DNA from: Octopus bimaculoides
Lineage: Eukaryota
Length of the DNA stretch: 49,354 nucleotides
Direction: 5' to 3'
NCBI RefSeq assembly: GCF_001194135.2
Contig: NC_068997.1
Span: 17,002,636 to 17,051,989, forward strand
Under the pieces are notes generated by a model. It did not search any database. It had not been told where the DNA came from and saw only the letters and a list, made by a program, of their open reading frames with translations. Both the position numbers and the translations under genes were made by a program. Below, piece after piece: positions 10,919 through 23,983 of this stretch (positions within the stretch are counted from its first letter, which is position 1; every line of letters begins with the position of its first letter).

Positions 10919-11890
10919 CGTGCCCGTCTGTCTGTATGTATGTACGCATGTTATTTTCATTATCTCCGTCTTTATCTAACAGCCTTCATGTTTGCCTGAT
11001 ATCTATAAAACTCAGTTACGAATCTACTTACATCGTTATATCAGATTATTTTTGGCACTCTTCTGTCTCTTCCTTTCAACTGATTAATATATAAGAATAT
11101 ATATTCCAACCTTATTATTTAAAGTATTTGAATTATTCGAGTTGTTGCGAAAAAGAAGGAAAAAATAAAATTCTGCTTTCACCTCACCGCTTAGTACATT
11201 TTATTCGTTTCTATAAGCGATATGGCATTAATTAGAGAATTAGCTAAATATGTTTATGAGTAAATGAATAACAGAAAGAAAGTAAAAATAATACATAAAT
11301 AAGGTGAACAAGTGATTTCATTAACCACATTCTTTTATAATAATATTTAACATTTTCATTTAATTAGCAGGGTATAGTACAGCTCACATGGTACAGCACC
11401 CGTCATAATACACCTCATATATAATAGCGACTGTTTATGTTCTTTTTCGACTCCTGCTGTCGTCCATTTTGTTTTTACGTCGAGTTCCGGAAGAAATTCA
11501 AAGCATTTTGTCCCATCTCAAAACAATGGTGGTTCTTGTAATGAAGCTAAAATAAATATTAAAAATATAAACAAATATACAAAATTAATATTCTTTCCAC
11601 AGATGTATTAGTTTATATAAATTTAACAAAGCATATACTATAAATTATATAATTAAATAAAAATTAGTAGTTGTATTTATTTGAATATATTTTATTGTTT
11701 TGTTTATATATCTACGTTATGAATAGGTGTTTAATTAAAACTTATACAGACCAAAGAAAAACAGAACTAAATTACACTATGGTGATAATACAGTGTGTAA
11801 ATCCGCTAAATGCAATACAGGCATACAGACATATGAAAAGGAGAGAGAGAGAGACAAAGTAACATTCCAACGCTAGTTGANNNNNNNNNN

Positions 11891-11955
<65 letters not shown>

Positions 11956-13107
11956 GTGAGTGAGTTAGGGAGAGAAAGATGGAGTTAGAGGGAGAGAGAG
12001 AGGGCAAAAAAGACAAACGTATTATAAATTATAGTACAGTTTTATAAAATCTTCATGAAATATGTTATGAAATATGGCAACCACGTGTGTATGTAAAAGA
12101 AATTACATTTATTTTTTAGCGAATGTGCCCACTTTATCAAAATAAATTGATATTTAATTTAATGTAACAACGGCTCCCACGGTTGGCTGAAAGTACCTAG
12201 GTTTGTTGCAGTTGATGATATTTAGCCGAGGGTCAACTGCAGCCAGCTGACCTATGATGACTGATATTGTAACAGTAGCCTTCTACTACGATATCTTTCC
12301 TCGAGATTTTGAACCAAGATATTTTCTAGCTTGTTCTATTTCTTTAAATATAGTAGTTTGAAAATTATAGATCTGACTGCTGTTTCCAGCAGATCAAGTG
12401 AGCACATGAAGGTCATCCTTATCTTGCTGGATTGAAGTGTCATATTTTAGAGTAAAACAGTTCAATCGGTTTTCAAACACAGCTAATTGCTCTGTAGTAT
12501 ATACGAATTTGATCTCACGTTCATCCATCTCTATCGTTCAAGTAACTTCCTATAAGGTAATATCAATTTTAAACACTGTGAGCAGATTCTAAATTCATTA
12601 CAGAAAATATATGTGATTGTGACAATTTTATGCCTTTCATAAGAGAAATAAAATAGCTTCGTTCGGTAATTGAAACCCGATCGCAAAGTAGATAGGCTGA
12701 ACAAGTACTGTGGTACTGGGAGCCATAAATGCTTGAACTAATAAGAAATGCTCAGTAGACACACCCCATTCCCACTGACAACATTCTAGAAGTGATATGA
12801 AAACGTAAACGAATATTTTCTATGTAATAAGAATAAAAATGTAAGAAAACAACAGTTGGCAAAAGAATAGTACATCCAACATTAACAATATTAATAGCAA
12901 TAATAAACAATAATAATGACAGCTATAATTATGTTATTAAGACAACATAAGCTTTTCTAGGTTTAAAAGAAAAAAAATATATATATGAAATTACAGCCAT
13001 AAAAGAAAAATGGCAAAAATTCTTCAGTACTTGATGAAAAAAAAAAAAGGGATCAAAATACAAAGTAACCTACTAAGAAAATAAATGAAATGTTATGAAT
13101 GTGATAC

Positions 13108-13131
13108 TGATGGTTTTGATGATGATGATGG

Positions 13132-13163
<32 letters not shown>

Positions 13164-13182
13164 ATGATGGTAATGATGATAA
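13108..13182. repeat. (GAT)n trinucleotide repeat
   Basis: Direct inspection. Confidence 0.9.
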
Positions 13183-14511
13183 TTTCTATATATGCCTAGG
13201 TATGTGTGTGTATATATATATATNNNNNNNNNNNNNNNNNNNNNNNNNNNNNNNNNNNNNNNNNNNNNNNNNNNNNNNNNNNNNNNNNNNNNNNNNNNNN
13301 NNNNNNNNNNNNNNNNNNNNNNNNNNNNNNNNNNNNNNNNNNNNNNNNNNNNNNNNNNNNNNNNNNNNNNNNNNNNNNNNNNNNNNNNNNNNNNNNNNNN
13401 NNNNNNNNNNNNNNNNNNNNNNNNNNNNNNNNNNNNNNNNNNNNNNNNNNNNNNNNNNNNNNNNNNNNNNNNNNNNNNNNNNNNNNNNNNNNNNNNNNNN
13501 NNNNNNNNNNNNNNNNNNNNNNNNNNNNNNNNNNNNNNNNNNNNNNNNNNNNNNNNNNNNNNNNNNNNNNNNNNNNNNNNNNNNNNNNNNNNNNNNNNNN
13601 NNNNNNNNNNNNNNNNNNNNNNNNNNNNNNNNNNNNNNNNNNNNNNNNNNNNNNNNNNNNNNNNNNNNNNNNNNNNNNNNNNNNNNNNNNNNNNNNNNNN
13701 NNNNNNNNNNNNNNNNNNNNNNNNNNNNNNNNNNNNNNNNNNNNNNNNNNNNNNNNNNNNNNNNNNNNNNNNNNNNNNNNNNNNNNNNNNNNNNNNNNNN
13801 NNNNNNNNNNNNNNNNNNNNNNNNNNNNNNNNNNNNNNNNNNNNNNNNNNNNNNNNNNNNNNNNNNNNNNNNNNNNNNNNNNNNNNNNNNNNNNNNNNNN
13901 NNNNNNNNNNNNNNNNNNNNNNNNNNNNNNNNNNNNNNNNNNNNNNNNNNNNNNNNNNNNNNNNNNNNNNNNNNNNNNNNNNNNNNNNNNNNNNNNNNNN
14001 NNNNNNNNNNNNNNNNNNNNNNNNNNNNNNNNNNNNNNNNNNNNNNNNNNNNNNNNTATATATATATCTTTCCCTACATACACTGGCAACTACTCAAAGA
14101 TACAAACTAATCCCTCCACACAAACACGCAACCACACACACACACACACACTTACAAACGTATACACGCTCATACATACACACATCGCAAAAAACACACA
14201 CATATACAATTATACGATGTTAATGAAACCCCACATAAATGTCAAATATGTCATAAAATGGTTATATAAAATTTGCCGTATTTATGTGAAACTATCCCAT
14301 ATATCATTCGTTTTTTGTTTTATTTTTTTGTGACCGAGCCGAAAATAAAGGGAGATAATAACACTTGGACGCTGAAGCCTATGTAGAGAAAGATATAGGC
14401 GCCGACACAGAAATACGCAATCCTTCGCATTTTCATACGTACATACGTAAAAACATGGACACACAAATACGCGCGCGCGCGTGCACCCCCCCCCAGTCAC
14501 ATACAGCTTTT

Positions 14512-14529
14512 CATCTATCTATCTATTAT

Positions 14530-14590
<61 letters not shown>

Positions 14591-14657
14591 TATTCTATCT
14601 AGCTATCTATCTCTTTATCTATTTACGTTTTTATCATTCTATGTATGTATGTATGTC

Positions 14658-14702
<45 letters not shown>

Positions 14703-14710
14703 TTATTTAT
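14512..14710. repeat. Interrupted (TCTA)n array
   Basis: Direct inspection. Confidence 0.9.
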
Positions 14711-14718
14711 CTCTCTGT

Positions 14719-15099
14719 GGAGGCGCAATGGCCCAGTGGTTAGGGCAGCGGACTCGCGGTCATAGGATCGCGGTTTCGATTCCCTGACCGAGCGTTGTGA
14801 GTGTTTATTGAGCGAAAACACCTAAAGCTCCACGAGGCTCCAGCAGGGGATGGTGGCGAACCCTGCTGTACTCTTTCACCACAAATTTCTCTCACTCTTA
14901 CTTCCTGTTTCTGTTGTGCCTGTAATTCAAAGGGTCAGCCTTGTCACACTGTGTCACGCTGAGTATCCCCGAGAACTATGTTAAGGGAACACGTGTCTGT
15001 GGAGTGCTCAGCCACTTGCACGTTAATTTCACTAGTAGGCTGTTCCGTTGATCGGATCAACTGGAACCCTCGACGTCGTAACCGACGGAGTGCCAACCA
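14719..15099 (+). mobile_element. tRNA-derived SINE family C, full-length well-preserved copy
   Basis: Pol III A box TGGCCCAGTGG (14729-14739) and B box GGTTTCGATTCC (14772-14783), then a ~310 bp body unrelated to tRNA ending GACGGAGTGCCAACCAC. Confidence 0.85.
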
Positions 15100-15397
15100 C
15101 ATATGTTGAAGGATACAGTAGCAGAGCTAGTATTTTGCCTTTGTTTACCAGTTTATGATTAAGTTTACTAGTTTAAATAAACCGCAGGTCAAGGTATTCC
15201 AGACGTTGTCGCCTCAACTTTTTAAAGACAAATTTAGGGCATTATACAACGGGCTATCTTGTTTTAAAAAGGTATCCAGTGATATTCAAGGGCTTTGGCT
15301 CTGTTAAGAACAGGTCAAGCGAATTAGATTTGGCTGTTTTGCAGCCTCGTTACACACACAATTATATAAAAAAATGAGTTCAAATTCACACACTCAT

Positions 15398-15450
<53 letters not shown>

Positions 15451-16021
15451 ATCTCTCTCTGAGTCTTACACACACACAAACACAAGTATAACACGCCGTT
15501 TCTACCCTACACATAAAAAAAAGACACAGGTACATATACACACACGCACTCTCTCACTCTGTTGCCCTGACATGCAGACTTACTCCCCCTGTCCCACCTC
15601 TCTATCTCTCTCTCTCTCTCGCTCTCTCTCTCTCACACACACACACTCTCTCTTTTTCTCTCTCTAATACAATCACACACACATACATACTAATTTTCCT
15701 ATACATATGCACACGCACATACACCAAGTGACCTGAAATCAATCGAACATACAAATAAAAACACCGATACACAATCACTTGCGAAGATAAAAGAAAAGCA
15801 CAGCAAAACTAATAAAAAAACACACAGAAAGTTACACCAGAAGATACATGCTCCTGACAATGCTACTACATCCGCACCCATAGCAATACTTAGACAAAAA
15901 GGCATTCATGAAGCATGTAAAATAACTCGAGAAATTATTTTTTATTACTTCTAAATTATCTCCCCTTTTCTTTAGTAGTTGCTTGCTATTTCTGCTAGGT
16001 ATTTCATTTCTTTTCGATAAT

Positions 16022-16201
16022 ATTTTTTTCTACTTTAGGCACAAGGCCCGAGATTTTTGGGGAGGGAGGGCAGTCGATTAGATCGATCCCGAAAGGATGA
16101 AAGGCAAAGTCGACCTCGGCGGAATTTGAACTCAGAACACAAAGACAGACGAAATAGCGCAAAGGATTTGACCCGCCGTGCTAACGTTTCTGCCAGCTCG
16201 C
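16022..16201 (-). mobile_element. SINE family A copy with internal deletion
   Basis: GAAAGGATGAAAGGCAAAGTCGACCTCGGCGGAATTTGAACTCAGAAC...TGCCAGCTCGC is the reverse complement of the family A head and core. Confidence 0.9.
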
Positions 16202-16916
16202 TGTCTTTCTTCCCCCAAATATTAATCTTTTGCTTTCTTTAACATTTCTTTCACCGATCGGACTTCAGCCATGCTGGGGCACCACCTTGGATGGTCTTGT
16301 TGAGTAAATCGACCACGGTACTTACTTTTGAATGTCTGGTTCTTATTGTAATGTAATTTTTTAGCTAAACAGCTAGGTTACGATATAAATAGGGACAAAA
16401 CAGCTGTCAAGCTGTGGTAGGGCCACACAAAAAGAGAGACAAAGACAAAAAGAATAGAAAATTTAAAATAGAAAATTTTATCTAGATCTTTTCCTTATGA
16501 CAAAAGGAAATCTTTTTGTCCTCTTAGTATGGAAGAGCAATTTTCAGTCCTCTTTTCCATATGTATAGTCATAATGTGCACACGCATGTGTGTGTGCGTG
16601 TCTGTAAGTCCGGGCTTTGCGACCAGCACAACTGGACAACCGGTGTTTGCATGTTTACTTCCTGCCTGCTTACTTAGCGGTTGGGAAAAATGGGTTAGAT
16701 AGAATAAATATCAGATTTAAAGGAGAAAAAAAACAAAACAAAACAAAAACAAAAAAACATTGGTGGCAATTTATTCGACGAATTTTTTTCAAGGCAAAGC
16801 TCCAGCAGCGCCGCAGTAAAATGAATGAATGTGGGAAAAGATTAAAAAAAAAAAAAGATATCTGTAAGTAGGTCAATGCCATTAACCATCTCTTAATCTT
16901 TCACACACATTATAGG

Positions 16917-17039
16917 CGTATCTGCGGCTGTGTGGTAAGAAGCTTGCTTCCTAACCACATCGTTCCGGGTTCAGTCTTACTGCATGACACCGAAGCCTTG
17001 TGGGTGGATTTGGTATGGGAAATTGAAGGAAGCCCGTCG

Positions 17040-17070
<31 letters not shown>

Positions 17071-17280
17071 GTATGTATATTTTTGTGTCTGGTTTGTCCT
17101 ACCATCGCCTGACAACGATGTGTGGTTACGTCCCCGTAACTTAGCGGTTCGGCCGAAAGAACGATAGAATAAGTACTTGGTTTACAAAGAATAAGTTCTG
17201 GGGTCGATTTTTTCGACTACAGGCGGTGCTCCAGCCTGGCCGCAGTCAAATGACTCAAACAAATAAATGAGTAAAAGAGT
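16917..17280 (+). mobile_element. SINE family B (tRNA head, CORE-like segment, internal (TA)n, 3' tail), CORE-like part deleted
   Basis: GGCTGTGTGGTAAGAAGCTTGCTTCC head, GGGTTCAGTC B-box-like motif, tail GGCGGTGCTCCAGC.TGGCCGCAGTCAAATGACT...GTAAAAGAGT. Confidence 0.9.
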
Positions 17281-18298
17281 TATATCAACCTAATCCATAT
17301 TTATTGAAATAAATATCGTTATTTTTGACATGTATTTGGTAGTGTGTATGCAGATGGGTATATGTGCGTGTGTGTGTGTGCATGTGTGTATATGTGCGTG
17401 CGTGAGTGTGTGTGCATGTGTGTGAGTGTATACGGTCAAAAGGATATGTATAAATATCTGTATGTTTGTAGATATATATTTATCTTCTTAACCCAATCGT
17501 GTTTGTCTGCATCGATATATATATATATATGTATACACACACACACACATATGTACGTAGGTGTGCGCACGTGTGTTCCTGCTAATGTACATGTATGTGC
17601 ATTTGACGGAAAATGCTTATGTACATATACATCATAAACGACAGCTACATTGCTCTTCGATTAAGAGTTTATAGTCGTGTACTTGTATGTGTCTAGAATT
17701 GCCTGTACATGTGTATGGATGCATATGTGGGTGTTTCTCTCTAAGTGTGTATGTATATGTACACATATTGTGTGTATGTGTGTGTGAGTGTGTGTTTTTG
17801 TGTATGTGATATGTACATATCTATTCTTATACAATTTACATTAGAAATTGTATATTTATTTATTTATATAAGTTTTCATGAGAGTAAATTAGTGGGACAG
17901 ACATAACAGCTGCTGCCGACCGTGTGGACACAACTTTGTTATAAAAAACAAAAAGAGCAAGATATGACAATAAGACAAGAACATAATATGATACTAATAC
18001 ATATATCATACATACGTACTCGCACACATATACACACACATACACACACATACACACAGTCACACATATGAAATGAAAAAAATTGTCCCTCACTACAAGC
18101 AGATAACGATCGCAATATTATAACATGTTACCAGTCTGACAACGCCCTGGTGAATAATTGGTATAAGTGCATACATCTATAAGCGTATGTATGTATGTAT
18201 ATATATATATATATACACACATATATTTATATAAAATACAAATATATGTAATATATATATATATATGTATATGTATATATATGTATATATATATATAT

Positions 18299-18677
18299 AT
18301 TCTTTTATTCTTTTACTTGTTTCAGTCATTTGACTGCGGCCATGCTGGAGCACCGCCTTTTAGTCGAGCAAATCGACCCCAGGACTTATTTTTGGAAGCC
18401 TAGTACTTATTCTATCGGTCTCTTTTGCCGAACCGCTAAGTTACGGGGACGTAAACACACCACCAGCGGTTGTCAAGCGATGCTGGGGGAACACACACAC
18501 ACATACATACACATATATATACGACGGGCATCTTTCAGTTTCCGTCTACCAAATCCACTCACAAGGCTTTGGTCGGCCCGAGGCTATAGTAGAAGACACT
18601 TGCCCAAGGTGCCACACAGTGGGAATGAACCCGGAATCATGTGGTTAGTAAGCAAGCTAGTTACCACACAGCCACTC
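18299..18677 (-). mobile_element. SINE family B, full-length
   Basis: High similarity to the copies at 19679, 25948 and 38325. Includes the CORE-like CCTTGGGCAAGTGTCTTC segment on the minus strand. Confidence 0.95.
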
Positions 18678-19089
18678 ATATATATATATATATATATACA
18701 ACAATATATATGAGCACCATGTATGTATATATATATGTTGGTATATGTGCAAAGAATATAAGTATATATATACATATATGCACACACACACACACATATA
18801 TATGCATATATGCAGAGGTACATATATGTGTGTATATATAAATAAATGAATACATACATGCACACACATGTAATATTGATATCTATAATTTCGGGTACGT
18901 ACACATATCCTTTTGCACTCATGTATACAATTCATATTGTGGGCCTGCATGTATATATGTAAATGTATGTGTGTGTGTGTGTGAGAGTGTTTGTGTGTAT
19001 GATTGTGAGCGAGTGCGCGCGTGTTATGTTGTGGCCTGTAAACCTTTTCAAGATGCTACATGAACCCCTTTAAGAATTGTCTCTAAATT

Positions 19090-21340
19090 TGATCACCAAT
19101 GAATTCCCCCAATCTGAATCCGATACTCCGCTCTCGATCTTTCGGATTTCGCTGATATAAAAGAGTGAAGTTGCTTTTTAAATTGATGCGCGTCAAGGTG
19201 CATCAGTCGTAGACGATATCTCTCATAAAACATAAATAAACACTGCTCCACTGTGTCCAGAGAGCTTATAGCAACCTCTGTGAAAGTTAGGAATCGCAAT
19301 ACTGAGTTGGTTCTTAGAAGAGATCCTGAAACTGTTTCTAAGTTGGAAAAGAAAATCCTTAATTGATCAATTTCGGCCGATGACCATCTTTGAAGCAGAG
19401 AGAAAGGCGTTTTATAGAGAGCTAGCTAGAAAGATATCAAGGATTCTAGCACGAAGTCCTCTCGTAAGTACAATAGTTCAGAAAGCTCTGATCTCATGAT
19501 TCTCTGGATGTGTTGAACATTCTCATATACGTTAGAGCTCCATCCGATATGACAAACAAGCAAGAATGAATAAATCGTGAGACTGTCCTTCATCACGTAG
19601 CAACTACATGCATTGTTATCGAAATTCCCTATAAGTTGATATACAAAACATCGGGCAGTCTGTTTTATTCCAGGATATTCTTTTACTCTTTTACTCTTTT
19701 ACTTGTTTCAGTCATTTGACTGCGGCTATGCTGGAGCACCGCCTTTAGTCGAGAATATCGACCCCAGGACTTATTCTTTGTAAGCCAAGTACTTATTCCA
19801 TCGGTCTCTTTTTGCTGAACCGCTAAGTTACGGGGACGTAAACACACCAGCATCGGTTGTCAAGTGATGGTGGGGGGACAAACAGACACACAAACACACA
19901 TAAATAAAAATATACATATATACGACGGACGTCTTTCAGTTTCCGTTTACCAAATCCACTCACAAGGCTTTGGTAGACCCGAGGCTATAGCAGAAGACAC
20001 TTGCTCAAGGTGCCACTCGAAACCATGTGGTTGGTAAGGAAGCTACTTACCACACAGCCACTCCTGCGCCTAAAATGTAAATGATGTCAGGTGGATTGAG
20101 ACTAAGGCCAGTGTGAAATAGGTGCTAAATGCTGTCTACAAATGCAACTTGGCAGGAAGTTTAAAGTGTAGTTTTACGAACATGGTCACTTCCCAAGGGT
20201 CTTAGAGCTCCTCCATTTGTAAGAAACGACATTAACAAGAGTGGAGTGAACAAAAAGCTGCAGAAGTAGGTTTCTACGCCGGGTTTTTTTCTAAAGCTGG
20301 TTGACACAGTATTACATTTAAACACCTGCAACCTTTAGCATCTGTAACCGGGCAATGTCCGCTGTCGTAAAGGCTATGCGATTAAACAGATCCTATTATT
20401 ATTGCAACACATACAGAATTATTGACAGAAGAAAAGAAATTGAACGTGAGAAAATTTGCTGAAGTGGCAGACTCCACCCCAGAAAATGAAAGAAGTGATA
20501 AGTGCAATATAAGACACACAAGCTAGACTGGCATGGGCATGCAATAAATTGACATTGTGCCAGACTAATAAAAGCAGGTAAGATATTGTGAGAAAAATAA
20601 TACGCTATTTTCAGAAAATTAACGACTAAGTTGAAGGAGAGTTAATGCGCACAAGCAGCTTGCGAGAAAGCTGGACTAGACAATTATATTATTGAACATG
20701 ATAATGAATATAAACCGAAGCAAACAGCAATCAGTCCAGAGAGCAGAATATGACATGCTTCTATCCTCGGTCACATCGGAGTGATATTGCTGAATGTCAC
20801 CATTCTTGGAACATGATCTAGTATTATATAAGTAATATGTTGCAGACTATGTCTGGTGGCATAGTCAAGACCTGAGCATTCTTGTTGATACATTAAGATA
20901 AAAATGCAGCTACGTCAATACACTGAGGATCAACTCAAAGTTTCACTATGTCGTTTTATCCAAAGATTCTGACAAAGGAGGACGCAGGACTGTAAGTACG
21001 ATACCCTTATGCATGTTGCTAATGACCGGATACTGCTCGCAGTTTGCAAGAAAGTTCACGTGTACTAAATCCATATTACCGTACTAATGTTAGGTCCTAA
21101 CTTTACTGCAAAGTCTGGGTTCATATGGAAAATAATATTCAGGGGACACATGAAAATAAAGCATAACATATGAAGGACACACTAAAGAAGAGATAAATGA
21201 GTTTAGCGAAAAATGCTTTTTATATTAGATGTGGAATGTTGGGTGATTGGAGCTGTGGATCTTAGGAACGACAATCTGAGTAGAACTGTTTTGAGCCGGT
21301 GAAGGAAGCATGAAAATGTTCCAGTATGGGTATGACATGC
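19090..21340 (+). mobile_element. HERO-like restriction-like-endonuclease non-LTR retrotransposon relic, heavily decayed and interrupted by SINE B
   Basis: DQFRPMTIFEAERKAFYRELARKISRIL...VQKALIS*FSGCVEH (19365-19520) resembles HERO RT FRPISLLNVEGKIFF...VQKAG.PGFSGCLEH. KFKV*FYEHGHFPRVL...TRVE (20157 onward) resembles GKFKVWCYQHG.LPRL. AEYDML and YVWWHSQDLSILVDTL (20848 onward) resemble SVYD.L and RYTWRHDQVL. Clade assignment is from recalled motifs; ends are approximate. Confidence 0.75.
19679..20070 (-). mobile_element. SINE family B, near full-length, nested in the HERO-like relic
   Basis: From the TTTTACTC tail repeats through ...CACACAGCCACTCCTGCGCC. Confidence 0.95.
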
Positions 21341-22053
21341 ATAAATGAGAGTAACATCAATGTGTTTGCGATCTTGTTTGAATTTCTAAATGAAGACAGA
21401 GGCGACACATATAGAACATCCGTAGACCGCTGTGCAAAATGCTTGGTGAGGTTTCTTCTGAACTTTTACGTCATCCGTTCGAATTTCGCCTTTGTTCGTT
21501 ATGGATACTATAAAATAAAGCAGTTATCAAGTTCTGTATTTGGTTTAATTAAACGCACCACCAAACAACGGACCGACTAACCGACCAACCGACCAACCGA
21601 CCAACCAACCAACTAAAGCTTCTGTACTATGAACATATATTTAGAACAAACATTATGATTACGAACGTCGCCAATAGAATTTGTAAACATTTTGAACGCC
21701 ATTAGTGTTGCTTTTTTCTTCAGTTAATGCTAAAGAAAATGAACTTCATATATTTTTGTGAGACAAATTTTTATATGAAAAATACAAAAAGTTTTCAAGG
21801 TGATAATTATGTAATCAGAAGATTATTAAAAAGAAAATGATTTAATGATACTCCCCACCCCATTAATGGATAATACTGTAACCATTAATGGATAACTCTA
21901 TACGTGGTTGATGAATCAATTAGTCGATCCTTTCTTCAATAACCTATAGATTGAATCTCTTATTTTCAGGATCAATTCCAAGTATATTAACATACACACA
22001 CATACACACATATATAAATATACACACACACACATATATATATACACACACAC

Positions 22054-22116
<63 letters not shown>

Positions 22117-22118
<2 letters not shown>

Positions 22119-22197
22119 GTAATCCCTCGAATATCGCCGGTATTACGTACCAAAATCTCACTTTGATAGGTGAAAATCCGTGACGTAGTAAACAATA
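22117..22197. mobile_element. Possible Tigger/pogo-like MITE terminus, cut by a gap
   Basis: CAGTAATCCCTCGAATATCGCCGG resembles Tigger-type TIRs. The partner TIR is not visible and the TA duplication is not preserved. Confidence 0.35.
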
Positions 22198-23415
22198 CTA
22201 TATATANNNNNNNNNNNNNNNNNNNNNNNNNNNNNNNNNNNNNNNNNNNNNNNNNNNNNNNNNNNNNNNNNNNNNNNNNNNNNNNNNNNNNNNNNNNNNN
22301 NNNNNNNNNNNNNNNNNNNNNNNNNNNNNNNNNNNNNNNNNNNNNNNNNNNNNNNNNNNNNNNNNNNNNNNNNNNNNNNNNNNNNNNNNNNNNNNNNNNN
22401 NNNNNNNNNATATATATATATATATACATATATGAAACACAAATATATTTACTAAAAATATATGCAAAAATATTTTCCACGGAAAATGTATAATAAAAAA
22501 TAACAACAAAAAAACAATATATTTTAAAACACCATAGTAAAAGAAAAAAAAATTAAATGTAAAAAATACGCTAAATGTTACAAAACCTCGTTTTGAAACT
22601 GAATTTTAATTTGAAAACAAATTCAGTTTAACCGTTTCTTTTAATTTACAACTAGATTTAAAAAAAAAAATTATTTTTACATTTTAAAAATTTTTTATCG
22701 CCAACAACTTTGATATTTAAGTCATAAATCACGGTTTCAACACAGCTGAACGGGTGAATAAATAAATAAATAAATAAATAAAATAAATAAACGAAAAAAC
22801 AACAAGAGAACAACTTAAACATTGTATTAAATAATGAAAAAAAAAATTGACAGACAGAAATGTTTAAAGTAAATTAAAGTCCAATAAAATGACATGAAAA
22901 AAATAAAAGACTGTTTAAATTGACGGAAAAATAGGATGGAAAGAAAGTAAATAAAATAAAAACATGATTTAAAAGAAAAAAAATCAGGAAAAAACAAAAG
23001 ATAAAATGAGAGGAAGAAAGACTAGTAACAACACTGGAAAGTATGTTGGATAAGGAGAGGAATACATAGAGTAAAGAGTAGGAGGGTGAATTGGAGAGGG
23101 GGTAAGAGGAGAAAAAGTATGTGGTTGGAAGTAGAGAGATGGAAGAGAAATTAGGATGAGTAGGAGGAGACGGATGAGAAGCAGGAAGAGGAGGAAGTGC
23201 ATAAGAAGTGAGAAGTGATGAGAGAAGAGGGGAAACTCAATGAAATGGCGGTGGCAAGGGGTGTTGTGGGGCGGGGGTGGGGGTTAAAGTAGTAAGAGTA
23301 AAATGGGAAGAAAATTAATTGGTATTGAACGCGGGAAAAAAAATTAAGACATAAAACAAAATAAATACACGAAATCGTACAAAAGCCTTCAGAGGAAAAG
23401 ACGAAAACACTGACG

Positions 23416-23604
23416 GTGATGAAGATGATGATGATGCTGATGATGATGCTGATGATGACAATGATGATGATGATGATGATGATGATGATGGTGAGGTTGG
23501 TAATGATGATGACGACGATGATGATGACGATGATGACGACGATGACGACAATGACGATGATGATGATGATGAATAACGACGTTCGCAGTGATGAGGATGA
23601 TGAA

Positions 23605-23654
<50 letters not shown>

Positions 23655-23793
23655 CGACGTTGACGGCGATGGTTATGATGATGATGATGATGATGATGAT
23701 GATAGCAACAATGATGAAGGCGACGATGCTGATCCTGAGGATAATGATCAGTATGAAAATGATGATGATGATAGTAACGATGATGATGATAAG
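23416..23793. repeat. Compound (GAT/GAC)n trinucleotide region
   Basis: Direct inspection. Produces spurious poly-Asp, poly-Met and poly-His ORFs. Confidence 0.95.
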
Positions 23794-23951
23794 TAGATGA
23801 AGATGATAAATATATGAAAAAGAAAGTGATGTACTTAACATAAGAGAAGAAAAAAGGAGTTAAAATACAAAATAAAATTACTGTAGAGGGTGAAAAAATT
23901 TTTTAAAATTATATCAAGAAGCAATAAGACCATGAGGCCGTGTGAGATTTT

Positions 23952-23983
<32 letters not shown>

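Noticed and set aside
11420-11530. Minus-strand frame DGTKCFEFLPELDVKTKWTTAGVEKEHKQSLLYMR with AG/GT flanks
   Set aside because: Weak splice sites, short length, no recognisable family.
14719-14790. tRNA gene
   Set aside because: A and B boxes are present but the sequence continues into a SINE body and lacks a proper acceptor stem; called as a SINE head.
23389-23841. Poly-Asp, poly-Met, poly-His and poly-Ile ORFs
   Set aside because: Trinucleotide microsatellites open in several frames on both strands, without splice or start context.
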